A program made the translations under genes and the position numbers. From IMG/VR virus record IMGVR_UViG_3300008261_000001, positions 62,001-126,000 of that record: a stretch of DNA of 64,000 nucleotides. One strand, written 5' to 3'. Under the pieces are notes generated by a model that was not told the origin of the DNA, ran no database searches, and was given only the letters and a program-made list of their open reading frames with translations. Of this stretch, positions 8,749 through 19,800 are shown in pieces (position 1 is the stretch's first letter; each line of letters begins with the position of its first letter).

Positions 8749-11700
8749 TTAGATGATGAACCAAGCAGTTCCATAAGCGATGAGGCTTAGGGTAGCACCT
8801 GCCGCGATGTCCTTAGTGAGTTCGCCCGCTATGGTCTGAGTGCCGTTCCCATCTACGGTGATGGTGTTTGTCCCCTTGTTGATTAACTGAAGGACATAGC
8901 CATCATAGGTAGAACCGCTGAGAGCAAAGAGGTTCAGAGTTCCTGCGGTCGCTCCGTTATTTAAGAAGTAAGCGTGCTTATTCTCATACGCTGTAGGTGC
9001 TGATAGGGTATAGGCATTGGTGACGAAGGTGGGTTCGACACACGAGTATCTTGCACCCTCAGAGGCTTTGGCAGTAATGACCCCATAAGAAGTCCCTGTG
9101 CCATTGTCCGCCATCCATCTATCTTCGCCTTCATCCCAAGTGAGCTTGGCGTTGGTGCTGTCTCCACGCTCTACCTCTATGGTCACATCTTCAGTAGCCG
9201 CAGGTGTTCCTGTTTGGTCGCTGTTGAGAAGGATAGAAGTCTTAGCAGAGGAGTTATCGCTTGAGGATTTAACTCTGAGATCTACGACTGCTGTGACTGA
9301 GCTTAGGTCAACCGAAGCGAGTTCTGAGTCTGAGGGCGTTACAGTAGTACCCTCAGAGTCAATCGTGGTTTCAGAACCGAAGAGAACGAACTTATCGTTT
9401 GAAGGCTGATAGACTAGCCCTGCGATGTAGTTTGTTCCTGCTTCTCGATATTGTCCGTAGAAGCCCACATGGTTGGCTGTTGTGTTATTGAGACCGAGGA
9501 AGAGGAGGGGGTCAGAGAGCTTAACAATAGAGCCGTTGCCCGTAATGATGCCACCGACCGTTAAGTCTGAAGTGATGGTTACGCTGTCGGGCAAGCCTAT
9601 GGATAATGTATCCGTACCCGTTCCGCTTACGGTGATTTCTTGGGCGTTGGCAGACTGAATAGTAAAGCTGTTGGTCGAACCCTGCTTGATAGCGTAGGTG
9701 TTTATGCTTACAAGCGTATCGTTGGAGTGAAGCACATTGTAGGCGTTAGTTCCATCATTGGAAATCATCCACCTATCTACGCCCTCATCCCACCTCAAGT
9801 AGGTATCGGTATTCGTGCCTCTATCCACATAGATGTAAGCGTCAACATCTGCCGCCGCGTTGACTACGCCTTGATTAAGAGTAAGCGTCTTGGTGGTAGC
9901 TATTGTGACATTGTCTTTGAAGGTGCCTGTACCTGTTATATCCAATCCGCCCGATTGAACGGTGATGCTCCCCCCTGTGATGAGCGTACCTGTGAAGTTG
10001 GTGTTTCCGTTAGTGGCATCCACCTCAAACACCACCGATCCGTTGTTAATAATGGATAAGTCAGTAGTACCTGTGGTGCTTGTAAGGGTGAGGGTGCCTT
10101 GAATAGATGTATTACCTGTGGTGTCAGCCACAACGAACTTATTCGTATCTACAGATATGCCACCATTAGCGTTGAGGTTGCCCGCTATCGTGGTCACGCC
10201 TGCATTGGTCACTCCAAACACCGCTGTGGGTACTGCGTTGTTTATGGTGAACCCAACATTGGATAAAGTCACCGCACCCTTAAACTCAGATGTAGAGACA
10301 GCCTCAAAGGTGTTGGTGGTTGTCTTACCCGTTGTGGTGAGGTTATCCGAGCCGAAGGATATCCCTGAGTTATTGGCGGTTGTGATAGAACCATCACTCA
10401 GAAGGAGAGAATTTAAGGCTACCCCAACAAGTAAATCGTTCTGTACTTCGACATTACCCGCACCTGTGAAAGTCCAATTGTTAGTGCCTTCATCCCAATA
10501 GAAGATAGCGTCTTCGCCCGCTGTGGGTCTAACTACGGTGATGCCGAAGTCGTGTGCGTCTAGCTCACCTGTTGAGTCAGAGTTGAAGGTGATTGCCCCT
10601 TGTGAGGGGGTGTCTATCGCCAACACACCACCCGTGGTCTTTATTGTCCCTGCGGATGTCACAGCACCCGCAGTACTTACCGAGAAGTTCTTGGTTAAAA
10701 CCCCAAGTGCCTCAGTACCTACGGATAACTCAGTAGAGGAGAAGAGCTTGCCCCCCTCTATCTTGAAGGAGTCCTCTGAGTCGTCCCACTTCAAGTAAGC
10801 GTCTACAGCACCTACCGCACCTCCATCCTCGACATGGATAAGTACAGCGTCAAAGTCTGCTCCATTAGGTACATCCCCCACCGCTCTGTCTGAGTTAAAC
10901 ACAACACCCGTATCCGAACCTGACTTCTTAATGTAAAGAGAATCGGATAGAGTTGTTATGCCTGTAATGGATAAAGTACTCGATAGAGAAGTCGCTTGAT
11001 GGAGCGTGATTAGCTCCGACCCGTTTGTCGTTGCGAGGGTCACATAGTCTAAGCCCGCTCCCGTTCCTTGACGGATAACCAACCCTGTCGCTTGGTTATC
11101 CGCCATTTCAACGATAAAGCCATCCGCGTCTGTGTTGGTGATTTTGTTCAGACTCACCACATCGGTTGTCACAACACCTGCTGTTGTGATTGTGGTTGTT
11201 GGGCTATTAGCTGAGTTTGCCCCACCTATGGACAAAGCGAGTCCTGCCGCCTTGCCTACAAGGTGTAAGCCTGAGGCGGAGTTGAGATTGATCTCATCTC
11301 TAGTCTCGTCCCAGCTCAATACAGCGTCTGCGGAGTCGCCCCTCTCAATCTTAATGAGGTTAGCGTCTTCTGCACCCGCTCCTGTCACATCAGCGTTAAA
11401 GATAATCCCATCTGTTAGAGACTTGTTTAAGAGCAAGTCACCGCTGAAAGTCACCCTATTGTTGGTCGTGTCCACAGCCAACACATCTGTGCCGTCAGCC
11501 TTCTCAACCACGAAGGCACTCGTGTTGCCTGTCTTAACATTTAAGGTGTTAAGGATAGAGGTCACACCCAAGTTGCTTACGCTAAATACGCTCGCTCCGA
11601 CATCAATACCCGCATTAGGCTCAAGCAGAGAAGAAATCGTAACCGCCTCTGTGCCGTCAGCCGTATTGATATTCAGTACATCTGTTCCATTAGCCTTCTC

Positions 11701-14700
11701 AACCACAAACGCTGTAGCAGAGTTCAGAGTTATCTGAACATCCCCCGTTGTAGCGAGCTTATAGGTCGCACCATCTACGGTGAACTTATCCGTATCTACA
11801 GCCAAACCACCATTCGCGTTCACAACACCTGATGAAGTAATCGTTGAAGTTGTGGTGAGCGTTCCAACCTTCAAAGCACCCCAAGTGCTAGGCTCAGTAA
11901 AGTCAGTAGCTGTAGAGGCTACATTGGTAAGACCCATCTTGAAGACAGAGTCGTTCTCGTCAAAGAAGAACACCGCATCGTCTTCGTCACTTCCACGCTC
12001 CATGAATATCCCGATGTCGCGTGTGTTATTAGGAGCCGCACTCGCTCCCTTATTCAAACGGATAACTGAGTCCGACACCTCTAGGTCAGTTGAGTTAATC
12101 GTGGTGAGTGTCCCATTCACCGTCATATTGGTGCAAGTGACGCTCCCTGTCGTTAAGAGGTTATTCGCCACGAAGTCTATAGTGGCTGTCGCGGAAGTAA
12201 TCTCGCCATTATTTATTGTAAAGTCCGCTATTGTGTGACCCTCTGCCTCTGCCGTTACCACCCCTGTTACACCTAGCGTACCTTCCACGGTGGTGTCACC
12301 CGTAGCGGAAGCCACAATGAACTTAGAAGCACCGACTGAGAACTCGCCCTCAGAGTTGAGCTTATTGGAAACAACCCAGCTATCTGCACTCTCATCCCAA
12401 AGGAGATAAGAGTTAGTCGCAGTACCTCTCTCGACCTCTATCCGGGCGTCCCTCTCTGCATTAAGGGCAGTCGCATCAGAGTTGAGAAGGACTACAGCCG
12501 ATTGATTATTTGCGTCACCCGCTAAATCAGCAGACTTAATAGATAACACACCCGATAGCTCTGTATTGCCTGAAGCAGAAGCGATAGTAAAGACCTTATC
12601 GCCATCTCTCACACCAACCGAGAAGTTCCCTTCAGAGTTTAAGCCATCTGTTACCGTGAAGCTCTCGTTAGTATCCCAAGAAATAGTGGCGAAGCTACCA
12701 CCCTTATTTACCCTAACAAGTGTAGCGTCAGCATTACCCACCGCCTCAGAACGGAAAGTCACTCCATTAGAGGAAGCCGTTGTAAGGTCAAGAGAGCCTA
12801 CTAGTGTGGTCTTACCCGTCACATCAAGGGTATTTGAGACCCCTACGCTCCCTGTCACATCAAGGGTCTTAGCTGGAGCGTTATTAGCGATACCCACTCT
12901 ATCCGTAGAGGCATCCACAAATAAGAGATGAGTCTGAGTATCACCCTCTACGCGGAAATCTGAGTCCGCTCCCGTTTCGTTAATAACCACACCACCATTT
13001 AGAGTCGTCACACCTGTGATAAGCGTGTCCCCCACCACATCTAGCTGAACGCTTGGTGTGGCGTTATTGATACCCACTCTGTCTGTAGAAGCATCGGTAA
13101 AGATTAAGTGAGTCTGATTGTCGCCTTCTACTCGGAAGTCTAAGTCTGCTCCGTTTTCGTTTACGACCACCAAGCTATTAAGAGCCACACCTCCTGTAAG
13201 GGTAGCGGTAGAGGTAATGGATAAGGGCTTGCTGATTGTGACGAGTTCAGAACCATCGGTGGTGTCAAACTTCAAGTAAGAGTTAGCCCCTTGAAGGACT
13301 TCAAACGCTCCCGCTTGGTTATCCGTCATAGAAACTTGGATAGTCGAAGCGTCAGCCGAAATAGTGTCTAAGGCTATATCCCCCACATTGGTGATATTCC
13401 CCTCAGAGACATTTAAGCTATCTACGGTGGTAGCCCCAAAGTCAGCGGTCCCCGTTGTTGAGATGTTATTGTCGTTGAAGCTGATAGCGTCTGTAGCCGA
13501 GTCTATATTTCCATTAGTGATGGTCAGATTTGCAATCACCGAAGAAGCGGGAGCCTCAATCAGCTTTCCAAAGACAACCTTCTCTGTGCCATTTGTAGTC
13601 ACGAAGGTCTGATAAGCATTTAGACCCTCGGCTATCTGTAGAGAAGTCGCTTGGTTATCCGTTAAAGACACAGCGATGATGTTGGTCTGAGCCTCGATTA
13701 CACCTACTGAAAGGGTGTGAACATCTGTGATGTCATTATCGGATAGATCTAGCGTGTTATTAAGAGTGGTTACACCTGTGACTTCAAGGGTTCCACCGAT
13801 GGTGGTATTTCCCGAAGCACTCTGTATGCTGAAGGTCTGAACATCGTTAATATCAGTAAAGGCTAACGAGCCATCCTTTATGGTGACTGAGTTAGAGACA
13901 TTAACGACTGAAAGGGTAGCAGTGCCTGTGGACTCAATGTCGGTGGCTGAAATATCCCCTGTTGTCGTGAGGTCATCATCACCAAAGCTGAACCCTGCTA
14001 CATTGGTGGTGGTCATTTCTCCGTTGTTGAAGGTTATATCAGCTAAGAGATGACCTTCAGCGGCGGTAGAAATAACTCCCGCATTGCTCAACGAGAAGGT
14101 CGCTCCGACAATCAAGTCGCCTGCGACAACGGATAAGTTGCCTGTAGTCACCTCAAGGGCATCTGAAAGCGTGAAGGTATCAGACCCTGCGTTCCAAGAG
14201 AGGTCCGAGAAGCCTTCCGCACCTCTGTTGACGCGAAGGATAGTGGCGTTGCCATCTAAGCCACCACCAGCTATCTCAGACCTAAAGGTGATGCCGTTAG
14301 TGGCGGCGGTGGTTATATTCACACTCTCAGTATAAGTGGTGATACCCTCAATGGTGAGGTTATCTTGCACCTTGAGGTTATTGGATAAAACCCATTCTGA
14401 GTCGGCTTGTACCCAAGTGAAAGTTGTGTAAGTGCCTACACCTGTACCAACAGCGAGGGCGACCGCGTTTTGAGCTGGAGTTCCTGTGCCATCCGCCACA
14501 TCAGAGTTAAGGATAATCAGAGGGTTGGTTGCGTCTGCGGTAGCCGCTTGGATAAGAAGGGCTTTATCCGTAGTGATAGTGGCATTCTCATTAAGGATAG
14601 TATCCCCATCAGCGGTCAAAGTACCCGCTACGGTGAGTGTTCCTGTCCCTGTAGTTGAGATATTTCCTGATGTGGTGAGATTGTTGTCGTTGAAGGATAT

Positions 14701-16725
14701 GTTATTATCAACAGCCGTTGTCTCAATAAGCCCATCGGAGATGGTTATATCTCCGATAGTGCTTCCTGAAGCGAGGGTCGATGTACCCACAACCTCAAGT
14801 GTGCCTTCGATTAGAGTGTCGCCGGTATCTGTAGCTACCGAGAACTTGGTGTTCTCATTTACATCTTGGATAGCGAAGGTCTTTGTTTCGCCAATGATGG
14901 TGGTGTTTCCATTAAGGGTAGTGCCATCACCTGCTGTGCCGTTGACGACAAGATTTCTTCCTACAACGAGGTCTTGTCCGATGTTGGCATCTACAGCCAC
15001 CTCAAAGTTATTGGATAAGACCCATTCTGAGTCAGCTTGAACCCAAGTAAGGGTAGCTGTGGTAGCCGCACCTGTCTTGACGGCTAGTACGGCATTTTGA
15101 GCGGGAACACCTGCTCCGTTTACATTGGAGTTAAGAAGGATAAGGGGGTCAGCGGGGTTGGTGGCTACCTGTACGAGCAAAGAAGCGTCAGTCGTAAGGG
15201 TAGCGTCAGAGTTAAGGGTAGTCGCCCCATCAACCTCAAGGGTGGTTGTGGTGGAAATATCACCGAGGCTGGAGATAGAGGCGGTGGGGGCTCCGAGGTT
15301 TGAGCCTACATCAAGACCACCTACGCCTTGAAGCGTATGAGAGAGAGCGAACTTCTCAGAGCCTTCGTCCCAAGTGAAAGACGAAGGTCCAAAAGCTCCG
15401 CGTGTAACTGAGATGATGTTCGCGTTTGCTTCCTCGCCTGCACCATCCAAGTCAGCGTTGATGACGATGGCGGAGATGGAGGGGTTTGCCTTAATGGATA
15501 AGTTGTCATCGAGGGTGGTGATGCCCGTTACGGCTAGTGTGCCTTCGATGATTGTGTTTCCATTATCTGAGTCCACCGAGAACTTAGAGGCACCCGCACT
15601 CGTCTTAATAGAGAAGGTTGAGTTGTCTGCTTGGAGGGTGGTGTCCCCATTAACGACTAGGGAAGACGAGGCGTTAAGGGTAGCGAGGTTAAGAGTACCT
15701 TTGGTGAGGGTAGTGGTAGCGGAGAAGTCTGTGGTGGCTCCCGTAGCTCCGTTAGCAGTTCCCAAGAAGAACTGATCATTACCTTCATCCCAATAGATAA
15801 CAGCGGGGTTTTCGGTTGAGCCTCTAGTAAATACAAAGCCTGCATCGGTGGAGGCGTTAGGGTTAGCGGAGGCATTACGAGCGAGTTCAATAACGGGGTC
15901 TTCAACGGATAAGTTATCCGTATTGACGGTAGTTGTGGTGCCGTTAACGATGAGGTTGCCTGTGACGGTGGCGTTGCCTGTAATAGTGGCATTACCGCCT
16001 ACGGAGAGGATATTAGTGATTAAGACTTCAGAGCCTGCACCACCGATGGTGAGGGTGGTGGGGTTTCCGAGTCCGTCATCGGTCATGGAGGCGGCGAGGG
16101 AAGCGTCAGCGTTGGTGAAGTTAATACCTGTCATACCTGAGAGGGTAGTGGAGGTATTTCCGAGTTCTATTTCGGTTGAGCCGATAGTGACAGAGTCGTT
16201 AACGAGCTTGTTATTGGCAATAGTTGCGAGGGCGATGTCCCCGTCAACGATAGTGTTGGCTACGATTTGGACTTCGCCTGTATTGGATAGAGTGACATCG
16301 CCTGTAATGGAAACATTTTTCCATTTATCATCATTAGCACCTGCGTCATTATCATAGACGAGGATTTGGGCGTTGGCTTTATCTACGATGTGGGTATCAC
16401 CGAGTTCTTCGAGGAGAATATCTGAAGCACCTGCGGAGTCAACATATGCTTTTGTGGCGACATCTTGAGGGAGGGTAGGGTCAGCCACATTGGATAGTTT
16501 TACGGTCACATCGCCATCGTTGTCGGTGAAGTCAACGGAGGTGGCTGGGTCAAAGTCAATATTGGATAAGTCGGTACGGGCTGTTTCAGTACCACCTGCG
16601 GTGGCTCCATCGTGTACGCGGATGCTATTGCGTGTGGTATCTACGGTAATCTCACCCGACGCACCGATAAAGGCGTTGTTTTCAGCCGAAGTACCCCTTC
16701 TAAGTTGAACTCTACGAACGGACAT
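8749..16725 (-). CDS. Giant repetitive tail fibre-like protein, 2658 aa, with an Mtd_N-like N-terminus
   Basis: N-terminal VQLRRGTSAENNAFIGASGEITVDT..RVHDGATAGG matches the major-tropism-determinant N-terminal pattern; about a dozen LNxD..DAxIxVxRG..LxWDE modules. Confidence 0.75.
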   Translation of the reverse strand: MSVRRVQLRRGTSAENNAFIGASGEITVDTTRNSIRVHDGATAGGTETARTDLSNIDFDPATSVDFTDNDGDVTVKLSNVADPTLPQDVATKAYVDSAGASDILLEELGDTHIVDKANAQILVYDNDAGANDDKWKNVSITGDVTLSNTGEVQIVANTIVDGDIALATIANNKLVNDSVTIGSTEIELGNTSTTLSGMTGINFTNADASLAASMTDDGLGNPTTLTIGGAGSEVLITNILSVGGNATITGNATVTGNLIVNGTTTTVNTDNLSVEDPVIELARNASANPNASTDAGFVFTRGSTENPAVIYWDEGNDQFFLGTANGATGATTDFSATTTLTKGTLNLATLNASSSLVVNGDTTLQADNSTFSIKTSAGASKFSVDSDNGNTIIEGTLAVTGITTLDDNLSIKANPSISAIVINADLDGAGEEANANIISVTRGAFGPSSFTWDEGSEKFALSHTLQGVGGLDVGSNLGAPTASISSLGDISTTTTLEVDGATTLNSDATLTTDASLLVQVATNPADPLILLNSNVNGAGVPAQNAVLAVKTGAATTATLTWVQADSEWVLSNNFEVAVDANIGQDLVVGRNLVVNGTAGDGTTLNGNTTIIGETKTFAIQDVNENTKFSVATDTGDTLIEGTLEVVGTSTLASGSTIGDITISDGLIETTAVDNNISFNDNNLTTSGNISTTGTGTLTVAGTLTADGDTILNENATITTDKALLIQAATADATNPLIILNSDVADGTGTPAQNAVALAVGTGVGTYTTFTWVQADSEWVLSNNLKVQDNLTIEGITTYTESVNITTAATNGITFRSEIAGGGLDGNATILRVNRGAEGFSDLSWNAGSDTFTLSDALEVTTGNLSVVAGDLIVGATFSLSNAGVISTAAEGHLLADITFNNGEMTTTNVAGFSFGDDDLTTTGDISATDIESTGTATLSVVNVSNSVTIKDGSLAFTDINDVQTFSIQSASGNTTIGGTLEVTGVTTLNNTLDLSDNDITDVHTLSVGVIEAQTNIIAVSLTDNQATSLQIAEGLNAYQTFVTTNGTEKVVFGKLIEAPASSVIANLTITNGNIDSATDAISFNDNNISTTGTADFGATTVDSLNVSEGNITNVGDIALDTISADASTIQVSMTDNQAGAFEVLQGANSYLKFDTTDGSELVTISKPLSITSTATLTGGVALNSLVVVNENGADLDFRVEGDNQTHLIFTDASTDRVGINNATPSVQLDVVGDTLITGVTTLNGGVVINETGADSDFRVEGDTQTHLLFVDASTDRVGIANNAPAKTLDVTGSVGVSNTLDVTGKTTLVGSLDLTTASSNGVTFRSEAVGNADATLVRVNKGGSFATISWDTNESFTVTDGLNSEGNFSVGVRDGDKVFTIASASGNTELSGVLSIKSADLAGDANNQSAVVLLNSDATALNAERDARIEVERGTATNSYLLWDESADSWVVSNKLNSEGEFSVGASKFIVASATGDTTVEGTLGVTGVVTAEAEGHTIADFTINNGEITSATATIDFVANNLLTTGSVTCTNMTVNGTLTTINSTDLEVSDSVIRLNKGASAAPNNTRDIGIFMERGSDEDDAVFFFDENDSVFKMGLTNVASTATDFTEPSTWGALKVGTLTTTSTITSSGVVNANGGLAVDTDKFTVDGATYKLATTGDVQITLNSATAFVVEKANGTDVLNINTADGTEAVTISSLLEPNAGIDVGASVFSVSNLGVTSILNTLNVKTGNTSAFVVEKADGTDVLAVDTTNNRVTFSGDLLLNKSLTDGIIFNADVTGAGAEDANLIKIERGDSADAVLSWDETRDEINLNSASGLHLVGKAAGLALSIGGANSANSPTTTITTAGVVTTDVVSLNKITNTDADGFIVEMADNQATGLVIRQGTGAGLDYVTLATTNGSELITLHQATSLSSTLSITGITTLSDSLYIKKSGSDTGVVFNSDRAVGDVPNGADFDAVLIHVEDGGAVGAVDAYLKWDDSEDSFKIEGGKLFSSTELSVGTEALGVLTKNFSVSTAGAVTSAGTIKTTGGVLAIDTPSQGAITFNSDSTGELDAHDFGITVVRPTAGEDAIFYWDEGTNNWTFTGAGNVEVQNDLLVGVALNSLLLSDGSITTANNSGISFGSDNLTTTGKTTTNTFEAVSTSEFKGAVTLSNVGFTINNAVPTAVFGVTNAGVTTIAGNLNANGGISVDTNKFVVADTTGNTSIQGTLTLTSTTGTTDLSIINNGSVVFEVDATNGNTNFTGTLITGGSITVQSGGLDITGTGTFKDNVTIATTKTLTLNQGVVNAAADVDAYIYVDRGTNTDTYLRWDEGVDRWMISNDGTNAYNVLHSNDTLVSINTYAIKQGSTNSFTIQSANAQEITVSGTGTDTLSIGLPDSVTITSDLTVGGIITGNGSIVKLSDPLLFLGLNNTTANHVGFYGQYREAGTNYIAGLVYQPSNDKFVLFGSETTIDSEGTTVTPSDSELASVDLSSVTAVVDLRVKSSSDNSSAKTSILLNSDQTGTPAATEDVTIEVERGDSTNAKLTWDEGEDRWMADNGTGTSYGVITAKASEGARYSCVEPTFVTNAYTLSAPTAYENKHAYFLNNGATAGTLNLFALSGSTYDGYVLQLINKGTNTITVDGNGTQTIAGELTKDIAAGATLSLIAYGTAWFII

Positions 16726-16734
16726 AGTGCGACT

Positions 16735-16772
16735 CCTCTGTTAGTCTATTTAGATACAGAGGGGTATAAAAG
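16735..16772 (-). promoter_or_regulatory. CTTTTATA motif plus RBS-occluding hairpin upstream of the giant fibre gene
   Basis: Inverted repeat CCTCTGT (16735-16741) / ACAGAGG (16756-16762) covers the GAGGAG SD; + strand TATAAAAG at 16765-16772. Confidence 0.55.
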
Positions 16773-16811
16773 CACTATTGTGTTTAGTGTGTGGGTTAGA
16801 TAATCTCTTTA

Positions 16812-19800
16812 TTAAGAGACAAGGACTCCGTAGTCTTCTTGAGCGTACACGACAACATCACTGAAGCCTGTTCCGTTCCAATCTGTAGAGAAATCAACAC
16901 CAGGCATAAAGACTGAACTTACCTGTCCATAGTCGATTGTCTCTATGACTCGCCCAAGCACAATAAGGTCGGCTACGGCATTTACATTTTGTTGAGTAGG
17001 TTCGCTTAGTAAGAGTATTTCGTTGGGTGAGGTGCCAACATCATAATCGCTCGCTGTACCCAAGAGTGTGGGTACTAGCTTGTTTAACCCGCCTGCGGTC
17101 GAATACCTTAAAACTTGTTTATCCAATGTGGGGGCTGAGTCCACATCGGTGAGGTCTGAGGTTTGGATAGAGAGGGCTACGCTTATGGTGTTGTTCAAGT
17201 CGTCGTAGCTGAAGTCTAATGAAGTGACTCCCGTATGTGTCCCATTATCGAGGGCTGTGGTCACAAGGCTTCTGACTTGGTCAGCGGTCAGTCCCCCATC
17301 AGGGGTGGATATAATGAAACCACCGAGTCCACCATTAGCAGTTTCGTCCCAAATGATGGTATTTCCATCCTCTATACCTGTTAGGTCAACATCTGAGTGA
17401 AGCCCTATAGAGCCGAGGGCGGTTAGGTTAACACCAGATACAGCGGGCAAACCTGTTGCTCCGAGTACAGGTATTTGTCCATCGGCTGTACCTACATCAT
17501 AGGAGCTGGCTGTACCAAGCCCATCCACTACGCTCTTTATTTGCCCATCGAGAACAAAGTCAGCATTGGATAAACTTGTGGTTGCACCTAAGTAGTTAGA
17601 ACCCACAGGGGTTATGTAAGAACCATCTGTATCTAAGCCTGCTCCAAGTTGCGTATCGTCAATCTCGTTTTGGATATCTGTAAAGGTATCGGATAAGTTC
17701 TTAATCTCTGTGTCCAAGAGAGAGTCAGCGGAGAATAAGCTAGTAGCACCTGCCAAGTAGTTAGAACCTACTGGTGCAGTATAGGTGCCATCCACACCGA
17801 GCCCAGCACCGAGTTGTGTGTCGTCTAACTCGTCTTGTAAGTCTGAGGTAAGGTTATTTAAGTTCGTCTCTAAGCCGAAGAGTGCGTTGTCTAGATTTCC
17901 TAAAGATGTGTGGTGTGATTCGGTGTCGTTTATGAAGTGTGTGGAGGAATAAACGGGTAGTGACCCATCTACACCTACACCTACGGAAAGCTGGGTGTTA
18001 TCTAGCTCTAGTTGTAGACCACCCTCTACACCTGTAGCCCTTAGGATTTCAGCGTCCAAGTTATCCGATACGCTCTTTATTTGACCATCGAGAATCGTAT
18101 CGGCATTGAATAGGCTTGTGGCTATGTTTATGTAGTTGGATGCAAGGGGTGGTGCATAAGTGCCATCTCCATCTAAGCCCGCACCTGTGACAACATTGGA
18201 TAGTTGAGTGCTTATGTTTCCAACATCCGTCTGTGTGTTGGATAGAGAGGTAGCTACATCGAATATGCTCTGGTCGAGAGTGCCTATGGCATCGTGATGA
18301 GATTGCAGATCAGTGATGTAGTTGGTGGCTGTGTAAACAGGTCTGGATGCGTCTACATTCAGCCCAAGAGAAGATAAAGAAGTATCCAATAAGTCGGAGG
18401 TGTTTCCGAGGCTTATGTCGAGGGCGAGGTCAGCACTTGCCAAGCTCGTAGTTAGATCTAAGTAGTTAGAGCCTACAGGGACGATGTAAGAGCCATCGGT
18501 GTCTAAGCCTGCACCCTCTTGAGTCGCATCGAGTTCAGCTAAAGCCCCGCCTGTTGCGTTATTGACGGCAGTATCCAATAAGGACAGAGCCTCGTGGTGG
18601 GAAGTGCCGTTGGGTAGGTAGAAGTTAGAGGTGTAATCAGGTAATGACCCATCAGCGTTTAAGCCCAAAGAAGTCTGTGTGTTATCAAGCTCTAGCTGAA
18701 TATCCCCCTCTACATCTGTTGCTCTGTTAATCTCATTCAGCAGAGCGGTATCGAGAGCTTTAATCTCGGTGTCCAATAGGCTATCCGCATTGAACAAGCT
18801 CGTGGCGAGCCTTATGTAGTTGGATGCCCCATCTGCTGTGTATGTACCATTAGCGTTTAAGCCAGCACCACCTTGTGTGTTATCTAGTTCTAGCTGTAGA
18901 TCTCCCTCTACACCTGTTGCCCTTAGTATTTCTGCATCTAGGTTATCCGATACTCCCTTAATGGCTCCATCTAAAGCAAAGTCTGCATTGGATAAACTCG
19001 TGGTAGCCCCTAAGTAGTTAGAACCGACAGGAGTTATGTAAGAACCATCCGTATCTAAGCCCGCCCCCTCTTGCGTGTCATCTAGTTCTAGCTGTAGATC
19101 TCCCTCTACACCAGTAGCTCTGAGGATTTCAGCATCTAGGTTATCCGATACTCCCTTAATAGCTCCATCAAGGGTCGCATCGGCATTGGATAAACTTGTA
19201 GTTGCTCCTAAGTAGTTAGTGCCTACAGGGACTAAATAAGAACCATCTGTATCCAAGCCAGCACCAGATTGGGTGTTATCAAGCTCTAGCTGTGCGTCAG
19301 ATAGGGCAGAAGATCTGACCCAGTTAGTTCCGTTCCATGCTAGGACTTGACCCGCAACAGAGGGATCCGTTGTATCAACATCGGATAGTGCGTTAATGGA
19401 TAAGTCTCGTACCCATTCGGTCGTAGCGACTAGGCTTGAGTCTTCAGCAGAGGGTGGGGTAAGAGCCGAGATTGTACCAGTGGTTGAAAGAGCGGAAGCA
19501 CCAAAGGTTATTGTGTTATTGGCGGATAGTATAGACCCAGCGGAGAGGGTTAGTTGAGCTGGGTCTCCTACGCCTATTAGAGCAGAGGTTGAGGCTTTGA
19601 GGGTGGATAGATTTAAGGGTTGGAGGGTGGGGTTGAGGGGAGAAAAATCGATTGTGTCGTCATTAGCGTTGGGGGCTGTTGTGAGGAAGTACTCATTAAC
19701 GCCCTCGTCCCAATAGAACGCGGCAGGGTCTTCGGTAGAGCCTCTTGTAAAGATAAAGCCTGTGTCTGTAGAAGCGTTGGGGTCAGCATCGGCTCCGTTG

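Noticed and set aside
2511-16725. Diversity-generating retroelement suggested by the Mtd_N-like domain and lectin genes
   Set aside because: No reverse transcriptase and no adenine-specific TR/VR pair were seen; Mtd_N is only an anchoring domain.
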